Origin: Bacillota bacterium
GTDB lineage: Bacteria > Bacillota > Clostridia > Christensenellales > Pumilibacteraceae
Assembly (NCBI GenBank): GCA_009787685.1
Contig: WQSV01000001.1
Location: 1 to 53,266 of the forward strand
DNA length: 53,266 bases
Reading direction: 5' to 3'
Shown here: positions 1-8,770 of the stretch, piece after piece
Position numbering within the stretch: the stretch's first letter is position 1
How the letters are laid out: every line of letters begins with the position of its first letter
Position numbers and translations under genes: made by a program
The notes under the pieces: model-generated
What the model saw: only the letters and a program-made list of their open reading frames with translations
The model's database searches: none
Told to the model about the DNA's origin: nothing

Positions 1-37
1 TTCGCGCTCAGCGTCAAGAGAGAGTTGGAGGCCCCTT
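1..37 (+). repeat. partial copy (window edge) of the dispersed GTCGAAGAC-type double-hairpin intergenic repeat
   Basis: ttcgcgctcagcgtcaagagagttggaggcccc matches the spacer plus first-hairpin part of the units at 2499-2956. Confidence 0.5.
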
Positions 38-169
38 TTGTTGAAGAATGCTTCTATTAGAAATTTTCCGACAAAGGCATCTAAGATGCTTGACAGAGGT
101 TGGGGAATTGTGGTATTATTTTTCTTTAGTCTCAAAATTTCTAAAAGGAACGAAGGAGAACAAACCTTA

Positions 170-1333
170 ATGAGTCAAATTGGAACTATTGTTAGAGGAA
201 TCAGAACGCCTATTATTGAAGAGGGTGATGATCTTGTGAAAGTTGTTGCAGACAGCTTGGAAAAAGCGACAGAGGAAAATAATATCAAATTTAATAATGA
301 TGATGTTGTTTGTGTCACTGAAGCCGTTCTTGCAATCACGCAAGGCAATTTTGCAACACTTGATGACATTGCCGAAGACATCAAAGCAAAATTTGGAAAT
401 TCTCATGTTGGGCTTGTTCACCCAACTCCAGTTTCTCGCAACCGTTTTTTGAATATTTTAAGAGGCATTGCGAAAGGAGTCAAGAAATTGACTGTTTTGA
501 TTAGTCCTATTGACGAGGTTGGCAATTCCCTTTTGAAGAATTTCAATCCGTATGTAAAGGATGACAACCTCTACACTCCCGAAGCTTTTTCAAAAAAATA
601 TGGAAAACCTAGCCATCTTTTCACTGGCATCGACTATGTTGAGGTTTATCAAAAGGCGGCAAATAACATTGAGGTTGTTATTTCATCAAACCCAGCGGAT
701 ATTTTGAAATACACCAAAAATATCATCGCTGGAACAATTCACACCCGCGACATGCTCAAAGATTACCTAATCAGCGAGGGCGCGGAAAAAGTCATTAAAC
801 TTTGTGATATTTTGAAATCTAGTGTTAACGGCAGTGGCTACAACCCCGACTATGGTCTTCTTGGCTCAAACATGGCTGGCAACAACAAAGTCAAATTGTT
901 CCCAAGAGACGGTGAAAAGTTTGCCTATGAATTGCAAAGTGAATTGAAAAAAAGGTTTTCGGTTGCACCTCATGTTATGATTTTTGGAGATGGAGCTTTC
1001 AAAGACCCTGTTGGCGGAATTTGGGAACTTGCTGATCCAGTTGTCTCACCCGGATTCACAGATGGACTGAAAAGTGCATCACGACCAGAAGCAAAACTAA
1101 AAAACCTTGTCGCTCAATTTGAAGACCTTCCAAAGGCTGAGCGCGAGAAAAAAATCAAAGAAATCATCGCAACTCAAGACAAAATGAAAATCGACGACCC
1201 AAATAGACTCGGAACAACTCCAAGACAACTCCCCGACCTTCTTGGAAGCCTTGCCGATTTAAGCGTTGGTTCTGGTTCAAAAGGAACTCCCATTGTTTTA
1301 ATTCAAGATTATTTCAAAGGAAGATACTCTTAG
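170..1333 (+). CDS. F420-0:gamma-glutamyl ligase-like (CofE family-like) protein
   Basis: ORF 38-1333. ATG at 170 is preceded by aaggaacgaaggagaa. N-terminus MSQIGTIVRGIRTPIIEEGDDL..DDVVCVTEAVLAITQGN and GYNPDYGLLGSNMAG resemble CofE-type ligases. Family assignment is by eye only. Confidence 0.45.
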   Translation: MSQIGTIVRGIRTPIIEEGDDLVKVVADSLEKATEENNIKFNNDDVVCVTEAVLAITQGNFATLDDIAEDIKAKFGNSHVGLVHPTPVSRNRFLNILRGIAKGVKKLTVLISPIDEVGNSLLKNFNPYVKDDNLYTPEAFSKKYGKPSHLFTGIDYVEVYQKAANNIEVVISSNPADILKYTKNIIAGTIHTRDMLKDYLISEGAEKVIKLCDILKSSVNGSGYNPDYGLLGSNMAGNNKVKLFPRDGEKFAYELQSELKKRFSVAPHVMIFGDGAFKDPVGGIWELADPVVSPGFTDGLKSASRPEAKLKNLVAQFEDLPKAEREKKIKEIIATQDKMKIDDPNRLGTTPRQLPDLLGSLADLSVGSGSKGTPIVLIQDYFKGRYS

Positions 1334-1427
1334 CTAATATTAGCACTTAATGTTCAACTAACAATGGTTAAAAGTTTTATTTTTTTATAATATTGAAAAG
1401 TGCAGCACTATTCGCACTTAAAAACAA

Positions 1428-1462
1428 AAGACGAAAGCACTATTTCTTTCGTCTTTTTTTTT
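1428..1462 (+). terminator. intrinsic terminator after the CofE-like gene
   Basis: aagacgaaag-cactatt-ctttcgtctt stem-loop followed by a T9 run. Confidence 0.8.
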
Positions 1463-1509
1463 GTGTTAATTGAGTTTTGCCGACAAAAGCAACTAAGTTG
1501 CAATATTAT

Positions 1510-1516
1510 TTCGACA
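1510..1516 (-). promoter_or_regulatory. candidate Spo0A box (TGTCGAA on the - strand) upstream of spo0A
   Basis: ttcgaca is the exact reverse complement of the 0A-box core TGTCGAA, about 165 bp upstream of the spo0A ATG. A single 7-mer could occur by chance. Confidence 0.25.
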
Positions 1517-1679
1517 ATTTGTGACCTTTTCGGATAATTTCGGATGAATTTTGTGAAAAATTCCCTAAAAAAGAGTTTTTTCACCCTTGGAAGTTTTTTC
1601 TCTTTTTTTGTTGTATTTGATAAAATATGTGTAGTATTAAATCATATGTTGTCGCAACAATGCACAATGGGAGAGAAAA

Positions 1680-2498
1680 ATGGATAAAATCAAATTATTA
1701 ATCGTTGAAGATGACCTAGCTTATGCAAAAGAACTTTCGGACTACTTTTCAAATGAAGAAGATTTTGAGGTTGTTGGAGAAGCGCATGATGGACTCATGG
1801 CAGTCTCAATGTTTTCAGCACTCAATATTGACGCGGTTATTTTGGACATTGTCATGCCACAACTTGACGGGTTTGGATTTTTGAATCGCATTGAAAAGGG
1901 AGACTCGAAAATTCTTGTTGTCAGTGCCCTTTCAGCTGATGCATTCATTTCAAAGGCGATGAACGAGGGTGCGGACTACTATATGGTCAAGCCAACTGGA
2001 GCGCAAGCAATCAAAGACCAACTCTTGGGACTAGTCAGACAACGAAAAACAATTCATGCAACACCGAACACTCCAACGCGACCAATGATGCAAAATGCAA
2101 GTCAAGAACTTTTCAAGTCCTATGACAAGTCGAATATGCTCTTTCGCACCAACACACTTGAAGAGAGAATCACTAATATCTTCATTATGTGTGGAATTCC
2201 TGCCCACATCAAAGGCTACAGTTTCCTTCGCGAAGCAATCAAACTCGCGGTTGACAATCCAGACATCATCAACTCAATAACCAAAAGACTCTATCCCGAT
2301 GTTGCAACAAAGTTCAACACTTCACCATCAAAAGTCGAGCGTGCAATCCGCCATGCAATTGAGGTCGCTTGGAACAGAGGTAAAATTGAAAATATCAATT
2401 CCCTTTTCGGCATCAGAGTCTATTCCAACAAAGAAAAACCAACTAACGGAGAATTCATCGCCCTAGTCGCCGACAAAATGCTCTTAGAAAGCGTCTAG
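1680..2498 (+). CDS. spo0A: sporulation master response regulator Spo0A
   Basis: N-terminal receiver domain (KLLIVEDD..ILDIVMPQLDG). C-terminal Spo0A-specific effector domain (ERITNIFIMCGIPAHIKGYSFLREAIKLAV..SPSKVERAIRHAIEVAW..KPTNGEFIALVADK). SD gggagagaaaa lies before the ATG. Confidence 0.93.
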   Translation: MDKIKLLIVEDDLAYAKELSDYFSNEEDFEVVGEAHDGLMAVSMFSALNIDAVILDIVMPQLDGFGFLNRIEKGDSKILVVSALSADAFISKAMNEGADYYMVKPTGAQAIKDQLLGLVRQRKTIHATPNTPTRPMMQNASQELFKSYDKSNMLFRTNTLEERITNIFIMCGIPAHIKGYSFLREAIKLAVDNPDIINSITKRLYPDVATKFNTSPSKVERAIRHAIEVAWNRGKIENINSLFGIRVYSNKEKPTNGEFIALVADKMLLESV

Positions 2499-2956
2499 GC
2501 GTCTTAGACGCTTTTGTCGGATTCTGCTTGTATTCGCATTCAGCGTCAAGAGGGTCGAAGACCTTTGTCAACAGTCTTCGACTGCTTTGTCGGGTTCTGC
2601 GTGTATTCGCGTTCAGCGTGTATTCGCGTTCAGCGTCAAACGGGTCGAAGATCCTTGTCAAGCATCTTTGATGCCTTTGTCGGAGAAGTTCAAGTAGTAG
2701 CAATTTCCTTCAAAAGGGCTGAAAGCCCTTGTCAACAGTTTTCAACTGTTCTGTTGGGTTCTGCTTGAACTAGCAATCTCCGTCAAGAGAGTCGAAGACC
2801 ATTGTAAAGAATTTTCAGTCCTTTTGTCTGAGATTACTTTACATGGAGTTACCCCAACAGAGGGGTCGAAGACCCTTGTCAACAGTCTTCGACTGCTTTG
2901 TCGGGTTCTGCTTGAACTAGCACTCTCCGTCAAGAGGGTCGAAGACCCTTGTAAGT
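2499..2956 (+). repeat. tandem array (about 6 units of roughly 73 bp) of the GTCGAAGAC double-hairpin repeat
   Basis: Unit is approximately GTCAAGAGGGTCGAAGACCCTTGTCAACAGTCTTCGACTGCTTTGTCGG plus a semi-conserved 24-40 bp linker (gttctgcttgaactagcactctcc / attctgcttgtattcgcattcagc). The array starts exactly at the spo0A stop codon. Confidence 0.9.
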
Positions 2957-3120
2957 ACTTTTTGCAAGCATTGCTTCATTATTTTCCACACTTTTAATCT
3001 GCATTATAAACTTATTTAGTATCAATTGCACTTGGTCGTGTGAATCTGAGTTCTTTATTGTTTTCTCTTTTGTTTACTTCTTTTAAATCGCTATTGAATT
3101 TTTTTTCTATCACACTATAT

Positions 3121-3164
3121 TAAAAACCAAAACACCTCATTAAAATAATGAGGTGTTTTGGTTT
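3121..3164 (-). terminator. intrinsic terminator ending the ribosomal cluster (after rplQ)
   Basis: 17-bp stem aaccaaaacacctcatt / aatgaggtgttttggtt with a 5-nt loop, followed by a T-rich tail in the - sense. Confidence 0.85.
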
Positions 3165-3174
3165 GATGTTTTGA

Positions 3175-3720
3175 TTAGACTAGTTCGATGAGTGCTAGTT
3201 CTGCTGCGTCACCACGGCGAGGTCCCATTTTTAGGACGCGGGTGTAGCCACCTTTTGTTCCGGTGTCTTCAGCTCTTTGCGCGTACTTCGGAGCATATTC
3301 GTTGAAGATTTTTTCAATTAGAGGGTGGGCGATGTGTTCAGTTCTGATTCTGAATTGAGCTTTTGTTTCGCCTTTTGCTCTAATTTCTTGGACATCATAG
3401 ACATTCGCCATGATTTTTCTTCTGGCGTTTAATTTGGTTGGCCCATCGTTAATCAATTCGACTTTCACTTCTCTTTCAGTGACCGTCAAATTGCCTTTTT
3501 TGTCGCGTTTTTTGTCGTGCTTGATTCTTGTTTCGACTTTTTTGACGGTGTCGGTGTAGGAATTAACCGCAAGCGTGATTAGTTGTTCAGCTAGGCTTTG
3601 CACTTCTTTTGCTCTTGCATGAGTTGTTTCAATTCTTCCATGCCAAAGCAATTGCGTGACTTGTCCACGCAATAGTGCCATTCTTTGATCTGTTCTTTTT
3701 CCAAGTTTTCTGTTTATCAT
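3175..3720 (-). CDS. rplQ: 50S ribosomal protein L17 (long form with internal/C-terminal expansion)
   Basis: MINRKLGKRTDQRMALLRGQVTQLLWHGRIETT. ATG at 3720 is preceded by ggagacacc. The upstream part of ORF 3175-3780 lies in the repeat spacer. Confidence 0.9.
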   Translation of the reverse strand: MINRKLGKRTDQRMALLRGQVTQLLWHGRIETTHARAKEVQSLAEQLITLAVNSYTDTVKKVETRIKHDKKRDKKGNLTVTEREVKVELINDGPTKLNARRKIMANVYDVQEIRAKGETKAQFRIRTEHIAHPLIEKIFNEYAPKYAQRAEDTGTKGGYTRVLKMGPRRGDAAELALIELV

Positions 3721-3730
3721 GGTGTCTCCA

Positions 3731-3805
3731 GTGAATAGTGAATAGTGAATAGTGTTGGTTAGAATTTTTAAAATAATCATCTTTTAATAACTATTCACTA
3801 TTCAT
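3731..3805. repeat. intercistronic hairpin, GAATAGT heptamer arms (rpoA|rplQ spacer)
   Basis: Left arm (gtgaatagt)x3, right arm aactattcactattcat, about 35-nt AT-rich loop. Confidence 0.7.
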
Positions 3806-3812
3806 TGAATTA

Positions 3813-4763
3813 TTAGAATTCTTTTTTGAGGTCTAAGCCCAAATTTTGAAGTTTATAGATAACTTCATCAAGCGATTTTCTGCCGAGATTTCTGACTTTA
3901 AGCATGTCATCTTCGCTACGTTTTGTCAAATCTTCGACTGTGTAGATACCTGCGCGCTTCAAGCAGTTGTAGGAACGGACGCTCAAATCCATTTCTTCAA
4001 TGCTCATTTCCAAAATTCTTAGCGCTCTGTCTTCATCTCTTGCAATAAGAATATCCATTCCTGCAATAGTTGCCGACAATCCGACAAAAATTTCGACGTG
4101 GTCTTTGATTGCTTTTCCAGCAAGACTCAAAACTTCTTTCGCGCTCAAACTTCCGTCTGTTGCCAAATCAATTGTCAATTTGTCATAGTCAATGTTTTGA
4201 CCAACACGCGTTGATTCAACTGAATATGCGGCACTTTTGACGGGTGTGAAAATAGAGTCGATTGCAATAAAACCAATTGGTTGAGTCGCATCTTTGTTTT
4301 TATCAGCAACAACATAACCACGCCCTCTGCCAACAGTCAGTTCTGCATTGAATTTTCCGCCGTCATCGATAGTGCAAATATAGAGGTCTGGGTTCAAAAT
4401 TTCAACCTCTGGATCCATTTCAATGTCTGCGGCAGTGACAACACCCGGTTTAGTGCGAGATATTTTCAGCACTTTTTTGAGCGATTTGTCTTGATAGTTC
4501 GCTTTGATATTAAGTTGTTTTAGATTCAAAATTATGTCAACGACATCTTCTTTGATGCCTTTGATGCTTGTGAACTCGTGTGGCGCGCCTTCAATGCGAA
4601 CACCAACAACCGCGGCACCCGGAAGTGCTGAATGCAACACTCTTCTGAGGGCATTTCCAAGCGTGATTCCATATCCACGCTCAAGCGGTTCAATAATAAA
4701 TTTTGCTTGCCTTGCATCAATGTTTTCTTCAATGGCGATGCGTGGCTTTTCGATTTCCATCAT
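3813..4763 (-). CDS. rpoA: DNA-directed RNA polymerase alpha subunit
   Basis: MMEIEKPRIAIEEN..GYGITLGNALRRVLHSALPGAAV. The C-terminal domain is present. GGAGA lies 10 nt upstream of the ATG at 4763 (4760 is also possible). Confidence 0.93.
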   Translation of the reverse strand: MMEIEKPRIAIEENIDARQAKFIIEPLERGYGITLGNALRRVLHSALPGAAVVGVRIEGAPHEFTSIKGIKEDVVDIILNLKQLNIKANYQDKSLKKVLKISRTKPGVVTAADIEMDPEVEILNPDLYICTIDDGGKFNAELTVGRGRGYVVADKNKDATQPIGFIAIDSIFTPVKSAAYSVESTRVGQNIDYDKLTIDLATDGSLSAKEVLSLAGKAIKDHVEIFVGLSATIAGMDILIARDEDRALRILEMSIEEMDLSVRSYNCLKRAGIYTVEDLTKRSEDDMLKVRNLGRKSLDEVIYKLQNLGLDLKKEF

Positions 4764-4881
4764 AATTAAAAAATCTCCGATTTTTTTCAATGCACAATGC
4801 TCAAGTCATAATGCACAATTATTGTTATTTTAAATTAATGTTTTTGACCAATGTTCTGAATACTGCATTTAAAATCAAGCA

Positions 4882-5505
4882 TTATTTAGAATAAAGTTCG
4901 ACAATAAGTTGCTCGTTGATTTTTAAATCAATGTCTTCTCTTGTTGGGTTTTCGATGATTTTGCCAAGAAATGATTCGGTGTCGAATTCAACCCATTTAG
5001 GCATGACAATTTTAGCACCTTTCAACTCTTTAAACATTTCGTTTTCTTTTTTTGATTCTTTCACGCTGATAACATCGCCACGTTTAACTTGATATGACGG
5101 AATGTTGACAACTCTTCCGTTGACACAAATATGCCCATGGTTAACGATTTGGCGAGACATTCCACGAGATGAGCCGATACCCATTCTGAAAACAACATTA
5201 TCCAGTCTTTTTTCCAAAAGCATTAACATGTTTTCACCAGTAATACCTTTTTGGCGTTGAGCTTCAACATAGTAGCTATGGAATTGTTTTTCCAAAAGAC
5301 CGTAGATTCTTTTTGTTTTTTGCTTTTCGCGCAATTGGATATTGTGTTCCGATGGCTTCTTTCTTGAAGTGCCGTGGAAACCGGGACCTTTGTTTGGTCT
5401 TCTTTCAATAGCACATTTTTTTGAAGTGCATCTTTCGCCTTTCAAAAATAATTTTGTGCCCTCGCGTCTACATATTCTGCAATCTGCTCCAGTGTATTTT
5501 GCCAT
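4882..5505 (-). CDS. rpsD: 30S ribosomal protein S4
   Basis: MAKYTGADCRICRREGTKLFLKGERC; SD ggagataaa. Confidence 0.95.
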   Translation of the reverse strand: MAKYTGADCRICRREGTKLFLKGERCTSKKCAIERRPNKGPGFHGTSRKKPSEHNIQLREKQKTKRIYGLLEKQFHSYYVEAQRQKGITGENMLMLLEKRLDNVVFRMGIGSSRGMSRQIVNHGHICVNGRVVNIPSYQVKRGDVISVKESKKENEMFKELKGAKIVMPKWVEFDTESFLGKIIENPTREDIDLKINEQLIVELYSK

Positions 5506-5514
5506 TTTATCTCC

Positions 5515-5610
5515 AATTCATAATGCATGATTCATAATGCATAATTGTTGTTCGAATTTTTTTTGTGGTAGTTTTTCCTTAATTCTGCATTATGCCTCTG
5601 CATTATGCAT
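5515..5610. repeat. intercistronic hairpin, CATAATG heptamer arms (rpsK|rpsD spacer)
   Basis: aattcataatgcatgattcataatgcataatt pairs with aattctgcattatgcctctgcattatgcat, imperfect inverted repeat. Confidence 0.7.
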
Positions 5611-5617
5611 TTTAAAA

Positions 5618-6028
5618 TTAAACGCGTCTGCGTTTTGGTGGACGGCATCCGTTGTGTGGAATTGGCGAAACATCGGTAATGCTTGTCACTCTGATTCCTG
5701 AGTTTTCAACCGCTCTGATCGCACTCTCTCTGCCTGACCCCGGGCCTTTAACAAAAACATCTGCGCTTCTCATTCCATGGTCTTTTGCAAGCAATGCTGC
5801 TTTCTCTGATGCTTGTTGAGCGGCGTATGGTGTTGATTTTCTGTTACCACGGAATCCAAGCGCACCAGCAGAAGACGCGGAAATAGTGTTCCCACGAGTG
5901 TCAGTTATTGTTATGATAGTGTTGTTGAAAGATGCTTGAACATGAACTTGTCCTCTGTCAACATTTTTTGTCACTTTTGGCTTTCTTGATGTGCCACGAG
6001 ATGTTTTTCTTTGTTTTGGTGCAGCCAT
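5618..6028 (-). CDS. rpsK: 30S ribosomal protein S11
   Basis: [28 protein letters not shown]; ATG at 6028 with SD ggagagaaag. Confidence 0.93.
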   Translation of the reverse strand: MAAPKQRKTSRGTSRKPKVTKNVDRGQVHVQASFNNTIITITDTRGNTISASSAGALGFRGNRKSTPYAAQQASEKAALLAKDHGMRSADVFVKGPGSGRESAIRAVENSGIRVTSITDVSPIPHNGCRPPKRRRV

Positions 6029-6068
6029 TGCTTTCTCTCCGAGTGTCCTTTTGGACTTAATTTCGCTT

Positions 6069-6088
6069 TTCTCTCCATTGGGAGAGAA
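6069..6088 (-). promoter_or_regulatory. SD-decoy / anti-SD hairpin in the rpsM|rpsK spacer
   Basis: In mRNA sense UUCUCUCC-CAAU-GGAGAGAA forms a perfect 8-bp stem. The same GGAGAGAA is the genuine rpsK SD about 40 nt downstream. Confidence 0.4.
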
Positions 6089-6189
6089 CAATTCAACGCA
6101 TAATGCTTAATGCACAATTGTTGATTATGTTTTTTAAAAAATTCTAATGCCTTTCCTAGAAATAGTTCAGACAAAAGCCACTAGTGGCT

Positions 6190-6558
6190 TTATTTTTTCT
6201 TTTTGCCGACAGTTTTCTTTTTGCCCTTTCTTGTTCTTGCGTTTTGCTTTGTTGACTGCCCACGAACTGGAAGTCCTTTTCTGTGACGGACTCCACGATA
6301 ACAACCAATCTCCATGAGACGCTTAATAGAAAGTGCGACATCACGACGAAGGTCACCCTCGACTTTGATGTTTTTGTCGATATAGGTTCTGAGTTTGTTT
6401 AACTCCGTTTCACTGAGATTTTTAACTCTTGTGTTCGGGTCAACTTCAGTCTCAGCAAGGATTTTTTCCGAAGTGCGTCTGCCTATGCCAAAAACATAGG
6501 TTAGTCCGATTTCTATTCTTTTTTCTCTTGGGATATCCACCCCTGCGATACGCGCCAT
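6190..6558 (-). CDS. rpsM: 30S ribosomal protein S13
   Basis: [26 protein letters not shown]; ATG at 6558 with SD ggagcaaaat. Confidence 0.95.
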   Translation of the reverse strand: MARIAGVDIPREKRIEIGLTYVFGIGRRTSEKILAETEVDPNTRVKNLSETELNKLRTYIDKNIKVEGDLRRDVALSIKRLMEIGCYRGVRHRKGLPVRGQSTKQNARTRKGKKKTVGKKKK

Positions 6559-6635
6559 ATTTTGCTCCTGATGCAAATGCATAATGCATAATGCATAATT
6601 ATTGATTGATTAATTTTTTTGACCTCAATTATGAA

Positions 6636-6857
6636 TTAGTTCTTATTGCGGTAGGTTATTCTTCCTCTTGTTATGTCATAAGGTGACATTTCAATTTTGA
6701 CTTTGTCGCCGAGAAGAATTTTGATGTAGTGCATGCGGATTTTACCAGAAATCGTGCATAGAACTATGTGTCCGTTGTTGAGTTTAACACGGAATGTTGC
6801 ATTGCGAAGTGCTTCAATCACTTCTCCTTCTGCTTCAATGCTATCGTCTTTTGGCAT
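6636..6857 (-). CDS. infA: translation initiation factor IF-1
   Basis: [48 protein letters not shown]; SD aaggagattt. Confidence 0.95.
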   Translation of the reverse strand: MPKDDSIEAEGEVIEALRNATFRVKLNNGHIVLCTISGKIRMHYIKILLGDKVKIEMSPYDITRGRITYRNKN

Positions 6858-7084
6858 AAATCTCCTTGTTCAACGCTTAACGCGTAACGCATAACGATTA
6901 TTAAAATTAGTTTGCAAAATTCTATCTTTCGTTATGAATCGTGCAATTGTGAGTTGTGGGTTGATTTTAGCCTTGTCTTTGTTTGTGATTTGGGTATTTT
7001 GGGCAAATTATTACAATCCTGCCGTGGCGTTTCACGACTTTGCAGTTGTTGCACATTGGTTTTACTGATGCTCTTACTTTCATA

Positions 7085-7429
7085 TTATGTCTTCGACACT
7101 TTACTTTTTGTCGTGTCGCCTCCTTTGGTCACTTTGTGGCCTTCGTCTTTTTTGTCCTTGCAGAACATTAATAGTGTTCTTGCAATTTCTTTGTCGTTGT
7201 GAGTTTCTATTTTATCAAGAGAAAGTGTCTCCTCTTTAATAACTAATAAGTGTTTGAATCGTTTTTTTTTCGGATTTTTTCGTTTTCGATATTGCCCATC
7301 AACGATTTCCACAAATTCGTGATCGATGACTTTTGTCACCAAATACATTCTTCCTCTGTCATGTCCCATTGTTGAAATGACGATTTGTCCGAGGGCTGGT
7401 ATCTTGGATGTTTTGGTTCGTTTGTCCAT
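7085..7429 (-). CDS. KOW-domain RNA-binding protein (the small gene found between map and infA in Clostridia)
   Basis: [49 protein letters not shown]. The ATG at 7429 was chosen by homology. SD is weak, so the start is uncertain. Confidence 0.7.
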   Translation of the reverse strand: MDKRTKTSKIPALGQIVISTMGHDRGRMYLVTKVIDHEFVEIVDGQYRKRKNPKKKRFKHLLVIKEETLSLDKIETHNDKEIARTLLMFCKDKKDEGHKVTKGGDTTKSKVSKT

Positions 7430-7504
7430 CTTTTCAGTGAATAAATAATAACAATTAGTGGCTAGTGTTTGTGAATTTTTTCGCAAACGATACATTATAG
7501 CATA

Positions 7505-7615
7505 ATTTATCGTGTCTTGTCAAGCATCTTGGATGCTTTTGTGAGAAATTTCTTTTATGAGAAATTCGTTAGCAAACAGGTCGAAGACCCTTTTCAAGCA
7601 TTTTAGATTCTTTTA
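7505..7615 (+). repeat. GTCGAAGAC-family repeat, 1-2 degenerate units
   Basis: ttgtcaagcatcttggatgcttttgtg ... aacaggtcgaagacccttttcaagcattttagattc. Confidence 0.7.
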
Positions 7616-7665
7616 TTAGGTTTTGCTATAAATGATTTTTTTGATAATGGCAAACTTTTCCTTAA

Positions 7666-8415
7666 CTATTCATTAATTTTTGTCAAAATTTCTGCATCAC
7701 CATTAGTAACTAGAATCGTTTCTTCATAGTGAGCGCTCATTTTTCCATCTTTAGTCCTGCAAGTCCAACCATCATTTTCAAAAATAACATGGAATGTCCC
7801 TTCGTTTATCATCGGTTCAATTGCTAATGTCATTCCGTTTTTAAGTAATGTTCCTGTTCCTGCTTTTCCAAAGTTCGGAATACTTGGGTCTTCGTGGAGT
7901 TTTTTTCCAATGCCATGTCCAGTTAACGAACGAACAACCGAGTAGCCATTTGATTCTGCGTGTCTTTGAATCGCACAACCTATGTCTCCAACTCGCCTGC
8001 CAGCTCTTGCTTCTGTCATGCCTTTGAAAAAGCACTCTTTGGTGACGTTAATGAGTTTTTGTTTTTCTTTTGTTATCTCTCCGACCGCATATGTTCTTGC
8101 TGCATCTCCATGATAACCATCTTTGACGGCTCCAACATCGATTGAAACGATATCACCGTCAGCTAGGATTATTTTTTCGCTTGGTATTCCATGAACAACA
8201 ACGTCATTGACGGATATACAAGCAGTTTTTGGATATTTTCGATAGCCTTTAAAGTTTGGTTTTGCTCCTTGCGAGATGATGAATTTTTCTAAAATTTCGT
8301 CAAGCTCTTCGGTTGTGACCCCTGCTTTGATATAGCTTTCTATATGCTTGTGTGCAGATGCCACAATTTGACACGCAACACGCATTTTCTGAATTTCTTT
8401 TTCGCTCTTAACCAT
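7666..8415 (-). CDS. map: type I methionine aminopeptidase
   Basis: MVKSEKEIQKMRVACQIVA..VVHGIP..GDIVSIDVG..GYHGD..HGIG..EPM. Start 8415 was chosen by homology; the alternative ATG at 8451 cannot be excluded. Confidence 0.9.
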   Translation of the reverse strand: MVKSEKEIQKMRVACQIVASAHKHIESYIKAGVTTEELDEILEKFIISQGAKPNFKGYRKYPKTACISVNDVVVHGIPSEKIILADGDIVSIDVGAVKDGYHGDAARTYAVGEITKEKQKLINVTKECFFKGMTEARAGRRVGDIGCAIQRHAESNGYSVVRSLTGHGIGKKLHEDPSIPNFGKAGTGTLLKNGMTLAIEPMINEGTFHVIFENDGWTCRTKDGKMSAHYEETILVTNGDAEILTKINE

Positions 8416-8437
8416 TTTTTTATTGAATACGGAATAT

Positions 8438-8745
8438 GTGTTGTCAAGCATCTTCGATGCCTTTGTCGGAGAAGTCTAAGTAATAGCAATTTCCTTCAAA
8501 AGGGCTGAAAGTCCTTATCAACAGTCTTCGACTGCTTTGTTGGGTTCTGCTTGCATTCGCATTCAGCGTCAAGAGGGTCGAAGACCTTTGTCAAGCATCT
8601 TTGATGCTCTTGTCGGAGATTGCTATTATTAGAAACATCCTCACAAAGGGGTCGAAGACCCTTGTCAACAGTCTTCGACTGGTTTCTCGGATTCTGCGTG
8701 TATTTGCACTCTCCGTCAAAAAGGTCGAAAATTCTTGTCAATTTT
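8438..8745 (+). repeat. GTCGAAGAC-family repeat array (about 4 units) between adk and map
   Basis: Repeated gggtcgaagacc / agggctgaaagtcc first hairpins and cagtcttcgactg / agcatctttgatgct second hairpins. An approximately 80-bp block, about 8590-8670, is nearly identical to about 39490-39570. Confidence 0.9.
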
Positions 8746-8770
8746 TTTATCATTACCTATTCAACAATTC

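Noticed and set aside
2455-2933. ORFs 2455-2703(-), 2514-2768(+) and 2742-2933(-), and likewise 8496-8753(-)
   Set aside because: They lie entirely within the tandem hairpin repeats. Their protein sequences are repetitive read-throughs (..TKVFDPLDAECE..), they have no SD, and they overlap one another on both strands.
2499-2956. Possible CRISPR array (regularly spaced ~49-bp repeats with ~24-40 bp intervening sequence)
   Set aside because: The would-be spacers are themselves conserved between units (gttctgcttgaactagcactctcc and attctgcttgtattcgcattcagc variants). The repeats are imperfect and internally palindromic. Single units are scattered at six other loci, and no cas genes are present in the window. 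It behaves like a REP/BIME-type element.
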